This document shows, piece after piece, positions 42,782 through 55,176 of a stretch of 64,000 nt of DNA (the first letter of the stretch is position 1; every line of letters begins with the position of its first letter). The stretch is taken from NCBI GenBank assembly GCA_964016885.1, contig OZ024750.1:26040001-26104000 (forward strand), given 5' to 3'. Below the pieces are notes generated by a model that worked only from the letters and a program-made list of their open reading frames with translations, did not search any database and had not been told where the DNA came from. This DNA comes from Eledone cirrhosa (taxonomy: Eukaryota). A program made the position numbers and the translations under genes.

Positions 42782-43118
42782 AAAGGATAATAAGGCCGAT
42801 TGAATATTCCTTCATTGCATTTATTGATAGGTTACGCGCGTTTCGCCACTGATCAGCTCAAGGTTCGATCTATATCGATCCTACCCGACTCAATGATCGG
42901 CAGCTCGACAGACCCTATTAATATGCTATGAGAAAATGTAATACATACTATGTGGTAAAGTCAGAGTTTCAAGAGTTTGACAAAATGAGTCGTTTTGATT
43001 GGTGGGAAGGATCAAGGCGATGTACTGGCCTGTAGTGTATATGGGGGTGGATGTGATGGTGAGATGTTGGTGACGGTCGGTGGATGAGATGGGCTGTGGT
43101 GTGGTGGTGGTGGGTTGG

Positions 43119-43167
<49 letters not shown>

Positions 43168-43170
<3 letters not shown>

Positions 43171-46100
43171 TCATCATCATCATCATCATCACCGTTTTCC
43201 GTCCGTTCTTCCACGCTAGCATGGGTTAGACGGGTTGTCCTGTTGTGGTCAGTATCTGGTCGGTTGATCATGCCTTGCTCATACAGGAACTGATTTGGCT
43301 TGATTTCTACAGCTGGATGCCCTTCCTAACACCAACCTCATTTACAGTGAGTGCTGTTTGCTTTTTCGTGGAACCTACACGTCCACTTTACAGTGTGGGC
43401 TGGGTGCTTTTTTGCCGTGGCACCTTGCAGTGGGGAGTGTGGGGGCATATTGTCTATATGCTTCAGCTTGTACCCATGGGAGGTCGGGTACTCTGTATTA
43501 CTGCGTGACGCCAGAGGCCACGGTCGTGTGTCATTGCCTTTGAGAGGTGTAATTGGGTAAGGTCGGCTTTTATCACCTCATCCCAGGTCACCTAGGTAGC
43601 AGAAGCTGTCTACTGTTTCTACAGAGCCCTCCCAGAGATTGGTGGTACTTATTTCCTGTGTCTGTTTGCTGCTTGCTGTCCCAGCACAGCTGCTGCATGT
43701 GAAGCCTACATTCTTAATTAAGCTTCCTGAGATCCCGCTACATCTCTTGTGTACCCATTGTTTGCATTTGAGGCAGAGAATGTAGTTCCTACCTACACCT
43801 TTCCTACATACTGAGCAAGGCCATTTCCCAGAGGGGATCTGGGTTCTGTTTTCTCGTCTACTTCCAAGGACCTTAGTCTTTGTCATGTTGACTTTGAGAC
43901 CCTTTCTTTCTAGTCCCTGCTTCCAAGTTTAGCATTTATTCTCTAGTTCTACCATAGATTCAGCTATAAGTGCGAGGTCATCAGCATACAGGAGTTCCCA
44001 TGGGCATCCGGTCTTAAACTCCGCCGTTATTGCCTGCAGGACTATGATGAACAGGAGAGGGGCTAAGAACAGAGCCCTAATGGACCCCAACCTGTACGCT
44101 AAATTCCTCGCTATACTCATTGCTAATCCTAACTTTGCTGACTGCTCCCCTATACATGGCTTGTACCGCTTTCACAAGCCATTCATCTACTCTTAGTTTT
44201 CTAAGAGCCCACCAGATTACAGCACGTGGAACTCTGTCAAAGGCTTTCTCAAGGTCGACAAATGCCAAGTAGAGTGGCTTACTTTTAGCTAGGTACTTTT
44301 CCTGTAACTGCCTCACAAGGAAGAGGGCATCAGTGGTGCCTCTTCCTGGTACAAACCCAAATTGCATCTCGTCTATTTTCACCCGGTCCCTAATCAACTG
44401 TGCTATAACTCTTTCTGTTACTTTCATGACCTGGTCCATCAGCTTTATACCTCTATAGTTTCCTCTATCTAGTGCATCACCTTTACCTTTGTAGCAGTTG
44501 ACAATGATGCTAGTGCACCAATCTTTTGGTATGACACCTTCTAGTATTACCTGGTTAACAATACGTGTGGTTATAGTGTGACCTACAGACCCAGATGCCT
44601 TCAGCATCTCGGCAGCTATATCCGATGGACCGGTTGCTTTCCCCATCTTCATATCTTTGATTGCCTTACTTACTACGTTGCTGCTGACTTGTACTGCTGG
44701 CCCCTCTATAGGGTCTACTTGGGGTAGGGTCTCTTCTTCCCATGCATTCTCCTCATTTAGTAATCTATCATAATGACTCTTCCATGCATCTTTCTTCTCA
44801 GCACTTGTGAGGGCAAGCTCACCTTTATCATTCCGGATACACTTCTCTCCAATGACATCACAACTCTCTCTGACACACTGCCTCGCAATCTTGAACACCT
44901 CCTGTTTCTGGTCCTCACGTTGCAAAACATGATGAATGTTCTATCCTCTGCTTCCCTCCTAGCTAAGTATACTTGTCGTCTAGCTTCCCTCTTGGTCTCT
45001 ATCTAATGTACCCTGCTCCCCCCGTTCTTCCATTCTTTCCATGCCTGTCTCTTGGCCTTAACTACCTCATCTACCTTATTGTTCCACCACCAAGTCACTC
45101 TTCTCCTGCTTGAGGTCTTACTCCAGTCACAGACCTCATCCGTCGCCTCCAGTAAGTTATTCTTTAGGAACTCCCAGTTCTCTTCTACATTGAATGTCTC
45201 TATCTGTTCTTCTTTACTGTCGTAGGCGTTGAGTAAAATATCTTTAAAACTGTTACTGGTTGAGGGGTCTTTCAGCTTCCAGATCTTTCTTCTCCAGGTT
45301 GGCCTCTGTTTCCAGGTTCGTCTAGTTCTGACTGTGAGGTCGCTGACAACTAAGCTATGTTGGGATGTACATTCCTCACTAGGGAAAGCTTTTGTGTTTA
45401 CGACCGTCCATCTGTCACGTCCTCTGATGAGGATAAAATCTATCTAACTAGAGTGCTCCCCTGATCTATAGGTGATCAGGTGGTTGTTGGATTTTTAAAA
45501 GTTTGTGTTACATATTGACATGTCATTGGCGTCGCAGAATTCTAGAAGTCTGAATCCGTCCTCATTTCTTGTGCCAACCCCATGGCCTCCATGTACTCTA
45601 TTGAAGCCGTCGCAGTGTTTACCTACGTGTCCGTTAAAATCTCCTGCGATGATTAGCAAGTCATTGTCGTCTGTTAGAGCAGTAGTGTGCATTAGGGACT
45701 CGTAAAACCTATCCTGAAGTTCGTCTGGCAGCCCCGATTGGGGTGCGTAAGCTGATATTATTGTGGTAATTGTTTTATTCAGGACTAGTCTGAGTTTAAT
45801 GATTCTTGCATTTACCCTGTACACTGAGATTACTTTATCTACCCACTTGTCAGCTAGTAGTATACCTACACCACCCATCCCATCGTCATTTCCCACCCAG
45901 AAAAAATTGTAGCACCGACTTTTTCCTACAAGGACTCTAGCAGACTCTCCTCTCCATCTAGTCTCTTGCACACAGCATACATCAATTTCCTTTCCCTCTA
46001 GCCTTTCTACGATTTCTCCTGCTCTTCCTTTCATTGAGCCTACATTGATGGTACCAACTCGGAGTTTTGGGCATTTGTCGACAGTCGTAGGGAAGGGTCT

Positions 46101-46280
46101 CTGGATTGGCGCTTCACATGGGTGCTTGGTAGCTCGCAGATTCATATTTCATCTATTGATTCAGAGTTGCTCAAATTTATTCTCAGCTCATCCATCCATA
46201 ACGGTAGGAAAATTGAGGGCTAGAAGAACAGTGGTGGTGGGATAATGGCAGGGTGTATTGGGCTGGGACAGGGGAGGAGA
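43168..46280 (-). mobile_element. RTE/RTEX-like LINE, degraded and internally deleted (APE endonuclease, RT, PHD-like finger, (ATG)n tail)
   Basis: VGTINVGS, QETRW, AYAPQ, GDFNGHVG; FVDLEKAFDRVPR, GVHQG, LLYADD; CSVC...CLKCKQWVHKRC. Confidence 0.9.
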
Positions 46281-46299
46281 GAGTTAGTTAGGTAGTAGC

Positions 46300-46352
<53 letters not shown>

Positions 46353-46459
46353 CAGCAGAAGAAATGGCATGCTGAGGTTTGATTGGTCGAATAGGCTATG
46401 GTGGTGTGAGGGGGTGGGCGTGAGGGAAATTGGGAGGTAGGGAGAGAGGGTCGCCGTCA

Positions 46460-47050
46460 AGATGGGTGACTGGATCGAAGCCAAATCAACTCTAGTGATT
46501 CATGGGCGAAGAGGGAACGGGAGGTAATGGGTGGCTTAGAGATAGATAGAGAGAGGGTAGCCATCATAGAGAGATAGATAGAGAGGGGGTAGCCATCATA
46601 GAGAGAGAGGGTCGCCGCATGGCAAAATAGCCGATAGAATACATCAACAATAATATTAATAATAATAGCGTCATGGCCTGAAGCCTTCAAGATGGAAAAA
46701 TAGACAGAGACGAGGAAAAATAGACAGAGTCAGCATGGTAGTAGAATAACAAATTGGCTGTGAGGTAGGTAGCTAAAAACCTTCGTAAAATTTGTATGGA
46801 TGGATGACTGGAACGAAGCCAAATCAACTCTAGTGATTCATTTTAGCCTTTCAGAATAGAGTGTCTTATCTCTTCAATAGCTTCAAGATGAGTGAGGTGG
46901 AATGGGCGAAGAGGGAACGGGAGGTAATGGGTGGCTTAGAGATAGATAGAGAGAGGATAGCCATCATAGAGATAGAGATAGAGAGAGGGTAGCCATCATA
47001 GAGAGAGAGATAGAGAGGGGGTAGCCATCATAGAGAGAGAGGGTCGCCGC
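46460..47050. repeat. Local direct repeat (about 46460-46620 and 46800-47050) with AG-rich subrepeats
   Basis: gactgga.cgaagccaaatcaactctagtgattcat and gggcgaagagggaacgggagg each occur twice. Confidence 0.8.
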
Positions 47051-47098
<48 letters not shown>

Positions 47099-47110
47099 AT
47101 AATAATAAAT

Positions 47111-47154
47111 CTGCAGACCCTAATGTTTCCGGGTATAACCCTTCATCAGTACAG
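47111..47154 (-). ncRNA. HHR, antisense, before EGF pair 4
   Basis: ctgta-CTGATGA-agggt-tat-accc-g-GAAA-cattaggg-TC-tgcag. Confidence 0.75.
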
Positions 47155-47486
47155 CCCACTATTCTCCTGCAAAACCGTCAGAGCCAGTGAAAAGATATGC
47201 TATTTTCAAAAATACAGTGACTCATCGGCTGATTTTTTGCATATTAGCAGACTGGCTGACATATACCAATATATACACAACAAAGCCTGCAGCTCCATAC
47301 TCCTTCGCTGTCTCCTCTCCCTCTCTCTATGTCCCTCTTTCCATCTCCTTTCTTACAACTACTATCTCTTTCTCTCTATCTTTCACTCTCTTTTGTGTGT
47401 GGGGGTGCGGGTGTGTATGTGCATGTGTGTGTGTGTGTGTGTTTGTAAATATGATGTTTAATATAGAAATCTCATATATATTTCAG

Positions 47487-47621
47487 AATGCCGAATAGGA
47501 ATGTTTGGTGTTCATTGTACAGGAACATGCCATTGTATCAAGAACATTAACTGTGACCATCGAAATGGAAGATGTTCAGATGGATGTTCTGCAGGTTATA
47601 CTGGTGACATATGCCAAGAAG
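47487..47621 (+). CDS. EGF-repeat exon 7
   Basis: 135 nt, AG/GT: ECRIGMFGVHCTGTCHCIKNINCDHRNGRCSDGCSAGYTGDICQE. Confidence 0.9.
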
Positions 47622-47800
47622 GTATATCATAAAGTTGTTACATAATTACGATAATTACAAACACACACATATATATATATATGTGTGTTTGTGTGTGTTT
47701 GTGTGTGTGGAGGGTGTTGCAGATGCGGGTGTGTATGTGCATGTGTTTGTGTGTGTGTGTAAATATGATGTTTAATATAGAAATCTTATATATATTTCAG

Positions 47801-47917
47801 AATGCCGAATAGGAAAGTTTGGTCTCAATTGTCATAGGACATGCCAGTGTATCAACAACACAAACTGTGACCATCGAAATGGAACATGTTCAGATGAAGC
47901 TACTAAAAGTGGTATTG
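47801..47917 (+). CDS. EGF-repeat exon 8 (shortened, 6 Cys plus stalk; probable shifted donor)
   Basis: ECRIGKFGLNCHRTCQCINNTNCDHRNGTCSDEATKSGI; ancestral donor position 47936 is GG; phase-1 G|gtaaca at 47917/47918. Confidence 0.65.
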
Positions 47918-47962
47918 GTAACAATTGCCTAGAAGGGATATCATAAACTTGTTACGTATTTA

Positions 47963-48022
<60 letters not shown>

Positions 48023-48113
48023 ACACACATACATACACTCACACATACACAAGCATACACTCAGACACGCACAAACGCACACACATATATATTTTTTGGG
48101 GCCTGTCTACGTG

Positions 48114-48145
<32 letters not shown>

Positions 48146-48309
48146 CATGTGTTTGTGTGTTTGATGTTTAATATAGAAATCAATTCTACTGGACTAGAAT
48201 AGTTTTATCCAAAGAAAACATCACGAAATGGCTTTCCTGATGATTACGTTTGAATGAAATAGTTCTAATAGTTTTAAATGTATATATATATATATATTCT
48301 ATATATATA

Positions 48310-50250
48310 TAGAACTGGTCATTCCGTATGGTCCACCTCGATGTAATATTATGGTGAGCACTCAACGTAATGCAACTCAACTGTCTTCGTTTGTGTTGTT
48401 GGTGGTGCGAGTACGGAGTTAATTATTATAGAATAACAGGAGGCTGGACTGGTGTAATTCCTTGAAAGGTTTATTATACTATGATCATTTCAATGACAGG
48501 GTTCAGTATGAATCCGGTGACATCATCAGGTATTCAGAATATAACAAAGGAATATAATAGACAAAATCCATGGGGCTGAAAATCAGAGACATGAGGACGA
48601 CCGAACATTCAGGAGCTTCTACCTCGGTCGACCGCCCCCAATTGTTTCTATACAGATGAGAGACGTGTATTTACGCTTAAACAATGAATCAATCTGTTAC
48701 AATTAATAATTTATGTCCAGTGTTACTACGTTAGCATAGCAAATTGCATTACTAATGATTTAGAATAGTGATACTTTTACTATCATGAGTGTGAATTGCC
48801 GCTGTTGAAAGATGTAGTGAACAATTAAGTTGATATAATAGACTTAAACATGCTTACGTTCAATTATATCATACCATATATAAACGCAAGCCTCTCCGAG
48901 ATATTACCATACCAAGCAAGTTAGAGGTGTAATATCTTAGACGGTTATCATAAGACCATACGTTAGGAAGTACGTCTGTAGACGCATAGCGTAAAAAATA
49001 CGCACGGGTGGGTATATTCATATATAAACATACGTACGCACGTGTTTGTACATCCTCCAATGCATATACTCGTAAATATACGCAGATACATAGAATAAGT
49101 GTACATGCACACATGGTAATACGAGGTACCTAATTTAGTTAGTACCAGTTATAAGACACAAACCCGTATTCACACGCCGTAGTGCATTTTGATAGAATTC
49201 TTTACATTTCCGGAAATATTCGTTGTTCGACCATATCTTAAAGAAGTGGAAAATTGTGAATTTTCCCTTCCTGCATGATGCGAAGTGTTCACTGCATGTG
49301 GTGTTTCTGACAGAGGGATCTCTAATTTATTTTTTATGGACCCGAACCCTATCATGTAGACCCGTTCTCAAATGTAGTATTCTTCAAGTTGTGGGCAGGT
49401 CACACAATAAATTAAGGTTTTTGTTTTGCAATTCACGCTTGCCTTAAATTTGAAAATGTCATTGTTTTAAAAGGAGATTTTCCCTCTCTTCAATGAATGA
49501 ACAAGTTCCGTATCAAGGGTTCCCGCATTTCTTAACTTGCATTGATTCATTGTCAGACGTAAATTTCGCCTCAATAAACAGTATTTTTAAAGTTAGGTGC
49601 TTGGCGTCTACTATATAGTATTTGTGAGTCTTTTATGAGTGCTTTCATTTTGGAGGACTGCTTGAGAATCGGGAGATATTGTTTAGAGTCTTTCATGATG
49701 TTGAAGTTCTGGGCTATTCTGGGCCTTGGAGATGGCCGTATTGATGAAGTTCACCGGATAGTATATTAAGGAGCTCTTTTAGTTCATATAATCTTTTTTC
49801 CTATAGTGTGGTTTGTGTTTCTATGGTGCAAATGCGTTTTGTCATATAAAAGGGAATGTTCCTTTTGGTATGTGAGTGGTGTGCCTACCGGAAATTCAAG
49901 TACTGGTGTGTGTCTGTTCGTTTGTAAAATAGGTCTGTTTTTATATTTTCCCCTTCTTTAATGATAGTGATATCCCAAAACGGTCGTCCCTTTTTGTTTC
50001 AATCCATGGTAAAATGTCTTGCTTCGTGAAGCCTGTTTATGATGAAATGGAATCTTTGTAGGTCTCCTTGGCTTCTATTAAAGAAGATGAAGCAGTCGTC
50101 TAGGTAACATTTCCAGTTGTTATTAATGTAGGTGGCAAAGTCGTGACTGAAAGCGTCTTGCAGCTGGGAATATAATTTTACCTCTAGGTGACCCAAGACG
50201 AGTGTTACATATCTTGGGGCTACTTTGGTGCCCATGGCTGTTTCTTTTGT
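48310..50250 (-). mobile_element. Degraded Penelope-like element (RT C-terminal part and long 3' region) with HHR at 48476-48533
   Basis: MGTKVAPRY..L.LG..E, YLDDCFI, YKRTDTHQYLNF; HHR atac-CTGATGA-tgtcaccggattc..gaaccctgtcatt-GAAA-tgatca-TA-gtat. Confidence 0.8.
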
Positions 50251-50356
50251 GTATGTATGTATATATATATTCCTGCGATTGTCTGTTTTTTCTTTTTTCT
50301 TTTCTGTTATTCCGAACTATATATATATATATACATAATATTTTACCTTTGAACAG

Positions 50357-50447
50357 AAATACACGGACTACCTGCCGGTTATATAGCGATACTTTTGTTG
50401 GTCCCATTTATGTTACTTGTACTTGTGATTGCAGCGGTCATGTTCAG
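50357..50447 (+). CDS. Transmembrane exon of EGF-repeat receptor
   Basis: ttttacctttgaacag|...AG|gtatgt, phase 1-2: EIHGLPAGYIAILLLVPFMLLVLVIAAVMF. Confidence 0.85.
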
Positions 50448-51658
50448 GTATGTGATTTCTTGTATCAATACAATTGTTAGAAGTAATTGGTGAATTTCAA
50501 TCTGTCTGATGTTTAGATTTAGAATCAATAAAATTGTATTTTTCTTTTATATTTCTATATTGTGTAATTGATCTCCATATGTTTCAGCGATGAGTTTTCA
50601 ATATGAACACTTATTCTCCCAGTTAGGTTGTTCGGTGAATATTAATGACCACGTATAATATTAAATGTACTAATTGCAGTCGTTTGACTAATTATTGCCT
50701 CATAATTTGAGCAGGACATTTAAAAAATTTCTTTTTCACACAAAGATAGTAATTGTGTTTGATAGGCTAAAACAAGAGCTTTGCCTTGATGTTATTTCAA
50801 CAGAGATACATCAGGCATAAAGTTGGAAACTGTAAAGTATTACATCATGTTCTCAATATTGTGAATTTCCTATATATTTCATATTAGTATTTTATTGTTT
50901 TGACTAGAAATATTTTGATTAGCTAATTACATTTTCTATAGCCCAAGCAATATCAAGTTTATTTTTTATACCGTTACAATTACAAAATGTCACGAGTCAT
51001 AGGCATACTTATTGAAACAGTTTATAATTGAGTCTAATATGTTAGAATCTTTTTAAAATATCCTTTAAAAAATACTCGTACGAATTAAATACAAAATTTT
51101 CAGTCGAAAACAAAAGCAAATTACTTCAAATTATATAATTTTGAAAAATAGATGTGAATGTTCTCAAAGACTTGATCTCAGTCAAATAATCCTTTTTTAA
51201 TTTTTATTCTATATTTTACTGTTAGCTGTTGCCATATTTTGAGTGGATAGACAATTCTACAATTCAAACTGTAAAGTCAAAATATAAAAGATACAAAATG
51301 TGAAGGATTTCTTACCTTTCTCTGGAATCTCAAACTCAAGGGAAAAATAGTACCTTGCAAAATAGAGTGCTTCGATCACAAACTTAGTTGCAAAGAATAA
51401 ATTGAGATGCTTGGTGACAGTGAGCAAGAAAAATCTGTATCCCTTATATATATACATAGATAGATAGACACGCACACACATGCACGCACACACGCACACA
51501 CACATACACGCACACACACACTTGTGTGTGTGTGCGTGTGTGTGTGTGTGCCTTGTTTTTGGTACAGAAAGAATTTTTGTCTCCAGTTTATATTTCCGTA
51601 TTGTCGGGTCAAAGGCCACTGTTCTGTTCAACAACGTAAAATAACGCCATACAGACAC

Positions 51659-51713
<55 letters not shown>

Positions 51714-51718
51714 CACGT

Positions 51719-51744
<26 letters not shown>

Positions 51745-51750
<6 letters not shown>

Positions 51751-53999
51751 ATAGAACACTGGAAGGTAATATCCGTAGTGGTTGAGCACTCTGTCCATGG
51801 GACAAGTTAGGTAGAAGTGGTTACACAACAGTTAATTCACCATACCGAGAACAATTGTCACACCATAGCGGATCCTCAGCTCGTAATGAATATCGTTATA
51901 CGTAACAGGAAGTACAACCGTACGAACGCGCATGCGCAGAAACGATCACTTCACACAGGCAATACTAAATTGCGTGTGAGAGGTGTGAGGGAGATAACTG
52001 CGAAACACCCTAGCACCTTTCAAACTCAACTTAGAAATGAAAGTAAGAAATTTAGGTCTTCTAATATCATTTTCGTTTTTTCCGACAAAACTAATAATAT
52101 TTACGAAGTCGACAACACCACTTTCCGCCACTTGGCCCATAACACTATTACTTCCAACAGCTAACCCTATGGCCTACCACGACATTAATACAGAAACCAA
52201 AGAACTTGCCGCCGCCCTTAACGTAGATAAGAAGCTACAATCTCTAGCTAAGCGGGAAGCGTTCCTCACCCTGAAAGATCACAAGGTAGACTTTACTTCT
52301 AACCCCACAATAAACCTGGCACGCACAGATATGGGACTAGTCAGTAAGGCCATACTTAGAAACATAGTTAAGACCATTTGGACCAAGTCCAACCTGTCCC
52401 AATGGGAGAACAACGACTCCGTAATTAAGTGGTTTAACTCCTTCAAATACAAAAAAGCGAAGTTCACACAGTTTGACATTGTTTATTTTTACCCGTCGAT
52501 CTGAGAGACCCTGTTAAACAAAGCGTTGGACTTTGCTACTACTTACACTACCGTCGATGTTTTCGACAGGGAAATCATCGCTCACTGCCGGAAAACCCTC
52601 CTCTTCAACAACGGATTAGCCTGGTCAAAGAAGTCAACAACTTCAGACCTATTCGACGTCTCAATGGGATCATTTAACAGTGCTGACGTATGCGACTTGG
52701 TTGTCCTATTTATTTAAGACATATTACACGGGAATATACCGCGACGATGGACTGACCGGTTTAAAAAAGACTTAGCTTCTAACTTCAATGAGCTAGGACT
52801 TAGGATAACAGTAGCTACCAACCTCTCTAGCGTAGATTTCTTAGACATTAATTTAGACCTTCGCACACACACCTACAGACTCTTCCATAAACTAAACGAA
52901 AAACTCAATTACATACACAAGGACTCACGCCACCCTCCCACTGTTTTTAGAAACTTTGTAAATAATATCAGTACTAGAATCTCAAACCTCTCCTCTACTA
53001 AGGCTATCCTTGACAGGGCGGCACGCTATTATAACACGGCGTTATCTAACAGCGGCTTCTCGCAACCTATCACTTACTCTCCCACTAACAACAACAGCAA
53101 TAAGAAAAGAAAGCGTAATAATAGACAAACTATCTGGTTCTCTCCTCCCTTCTCACTCAACGTTGAAACCAATGTAGGCAAAAAATGTCTAGCCCTCTTA
53201 GATAGACATTTTCCCATAGGTCATAAATACTGCTCCATCTTTAACCGACACAAAGTAAAACTAGGATACTCCTGCGCTAAGAACAACAAGGCCCACATCA
53301 CCAACAGCCCTAAGAGAAACACCCTACCAGGGTGCTCTTGCCGTAAACCCGAAGCTTGTCCCCTTCAACAACAATGCAACACACCCGCTGTGGTTACTTC
53401 CAACCGACCAAATTAACCACGGGAGGTCAAATGCTATGTGGGTATGGCGGAGGGCCGATTTAAGGAACGCTTCCTGAACCACAAGTCGACCTTCACGTAC
53501 CTGGCTAGACGTTCATCCACGAAACTCGCGATCCACGTATGGTCCCTCAAGGACTCAAGTATAGACCACTCCATTCAATGGAAATCCATCACTAAGTCCA
53601 AGCCATACGCAAGGGGCAATCCGTCGTGTGGATTATGTATTGATGGACGAATAAATATTCTAAAGAGATTACGCAATAGTGATTGCCTAAACACGAGGAA
53701 TGAATTCTTCACACATTGTCCACACGTCTGGAAACACCTCTTCCATAACTACAAATCTCCGGATTGAATTCCAACAGCATCCTAATTTTCTTATCAACTA
53801 CAAAATTTCGTACTTTCGCACTTATCTCCCTTACACCTCTCGCACGCAATTTAGTATTGCCTGTGAAGTGATCGTTTCTGTGTATGAGCGTTCGAACGGT
53901 TGTCCTTCCTGTTCCGTATAACAAGCCCATTACGAGCTGAGGATCCGTTAAGGTGAAACAATTGTTCACAGTATGGTGAACTAACTGTTGTGTAACCAC

Positions 54000-54001
<2 letters not shown>
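51745..54001 (+). mobile_element. Degraded Penelope-like element with inverted terminal pseudo-LTR copies, inserted in (TA)n
   Basis: DKTNNIY, LKDHK, QFDIVYFYPSI, MGSFNSADVCDLV, GIY-YIG ORF to 53767; 51814-52003 is the reverse complement of about 53815-54001. Confidence 0.9.
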
Positions 54002-54051
<50 letters not shown>

Positions 54052-54249
54052 GTATATATATATATATATAACGTAGGAGGTGTGGTACGGAACCAGATGG
54101 ATCATAATGCACCAGATTACTCAATACTTGGGTAGTAGAGTGGGTAATAGGAACATGTTTAAGCCGTTTCGACGGCTGTTTCTGGACTCCAGAAATAACC
54201 GTCGAAACGGCTTGAGCACTGCCGTCGGGGTTAAACATTTTCCTATATA

Positions 54250-54283
<34 letters not shown>

Positions 54284-54348
54284 AATGAAGAGAGAATGTG
54301 GGTAGGACAGAGAGAGAGTAAGAAATGTGTCTGTGTGTTTGGTACCCG

Positions 54349-54380
<32 letters not shown>

Positions 54381-55176
54381 CCCATTTGTGGCGCCTCCCC
54401 CCTATTGGGGATTTCGATTGTTGAAATTGTTTCTTTTTATATTTTTTACACGACTGTATGTAAAATCCCCGGCATGTCTTTGTATTGTCCCCTTTCTTGT
54501 TGCGCCCTTGTGGCTAATAAAGAAATCTATCTATCTATCTATCTATCACTACCAGAAAACATACCCCTCCCACCCAACAAGGAAGACGAACCTCTTTCGT
54601 CGCAAGACGAAAAAGATCCCTTCCAACAAGTAAAAAGAAAGAAGAGGAGACGCACCACAGACACACATGTTAACTTTAACCCCCCCCCCCAAGAGAACAC
54701 AAACTACACACAAACCACCCCTCCCTGTCACACAACACTAACTGCTACACAAAAAAGACCTTACAATACACATACATGAACACAGACAACAAAGAATTAC
54801 GGAAAACAATTTCAGCAAACCCTTCGGTCCAAACTGAAGGGCCAAACTTTATAACTGCTGTGGGACTACCTCATTTGAAAATGATAAAAGTCCCAGTGCA
54901 CTTGTACAAAACATTGAAAATAAATTTCACGGAGGACGTGGGCCCCCCCCCCCCCTGCGCCAAACCAATCAACCGCGTCCTCCTAAAAAATTTCACCCCC
55001 CACCCCACCCAGACACCCACTCAACGACAAACACCCCAACCCCACAACACACCGATGCCTCTTCACTTCCACAAACCACCACCCCACCCAACAACCCATC
55101 CCCAACCAGCATGGAAATTGAGCGGCCCGTTTCCCGGGACGCAGAGAGGTAAGTGCCTTTTCTCTTTACCACCAAC

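Noticed and set aside
52502-52504. In-frame TGA as selenocysteine in a Penelope-like ORF
   Set aside because: Lies in the RT at a Ser/Thr-type position in a copy with many other disruptions; the stop in the 32.7-kb element is TAA
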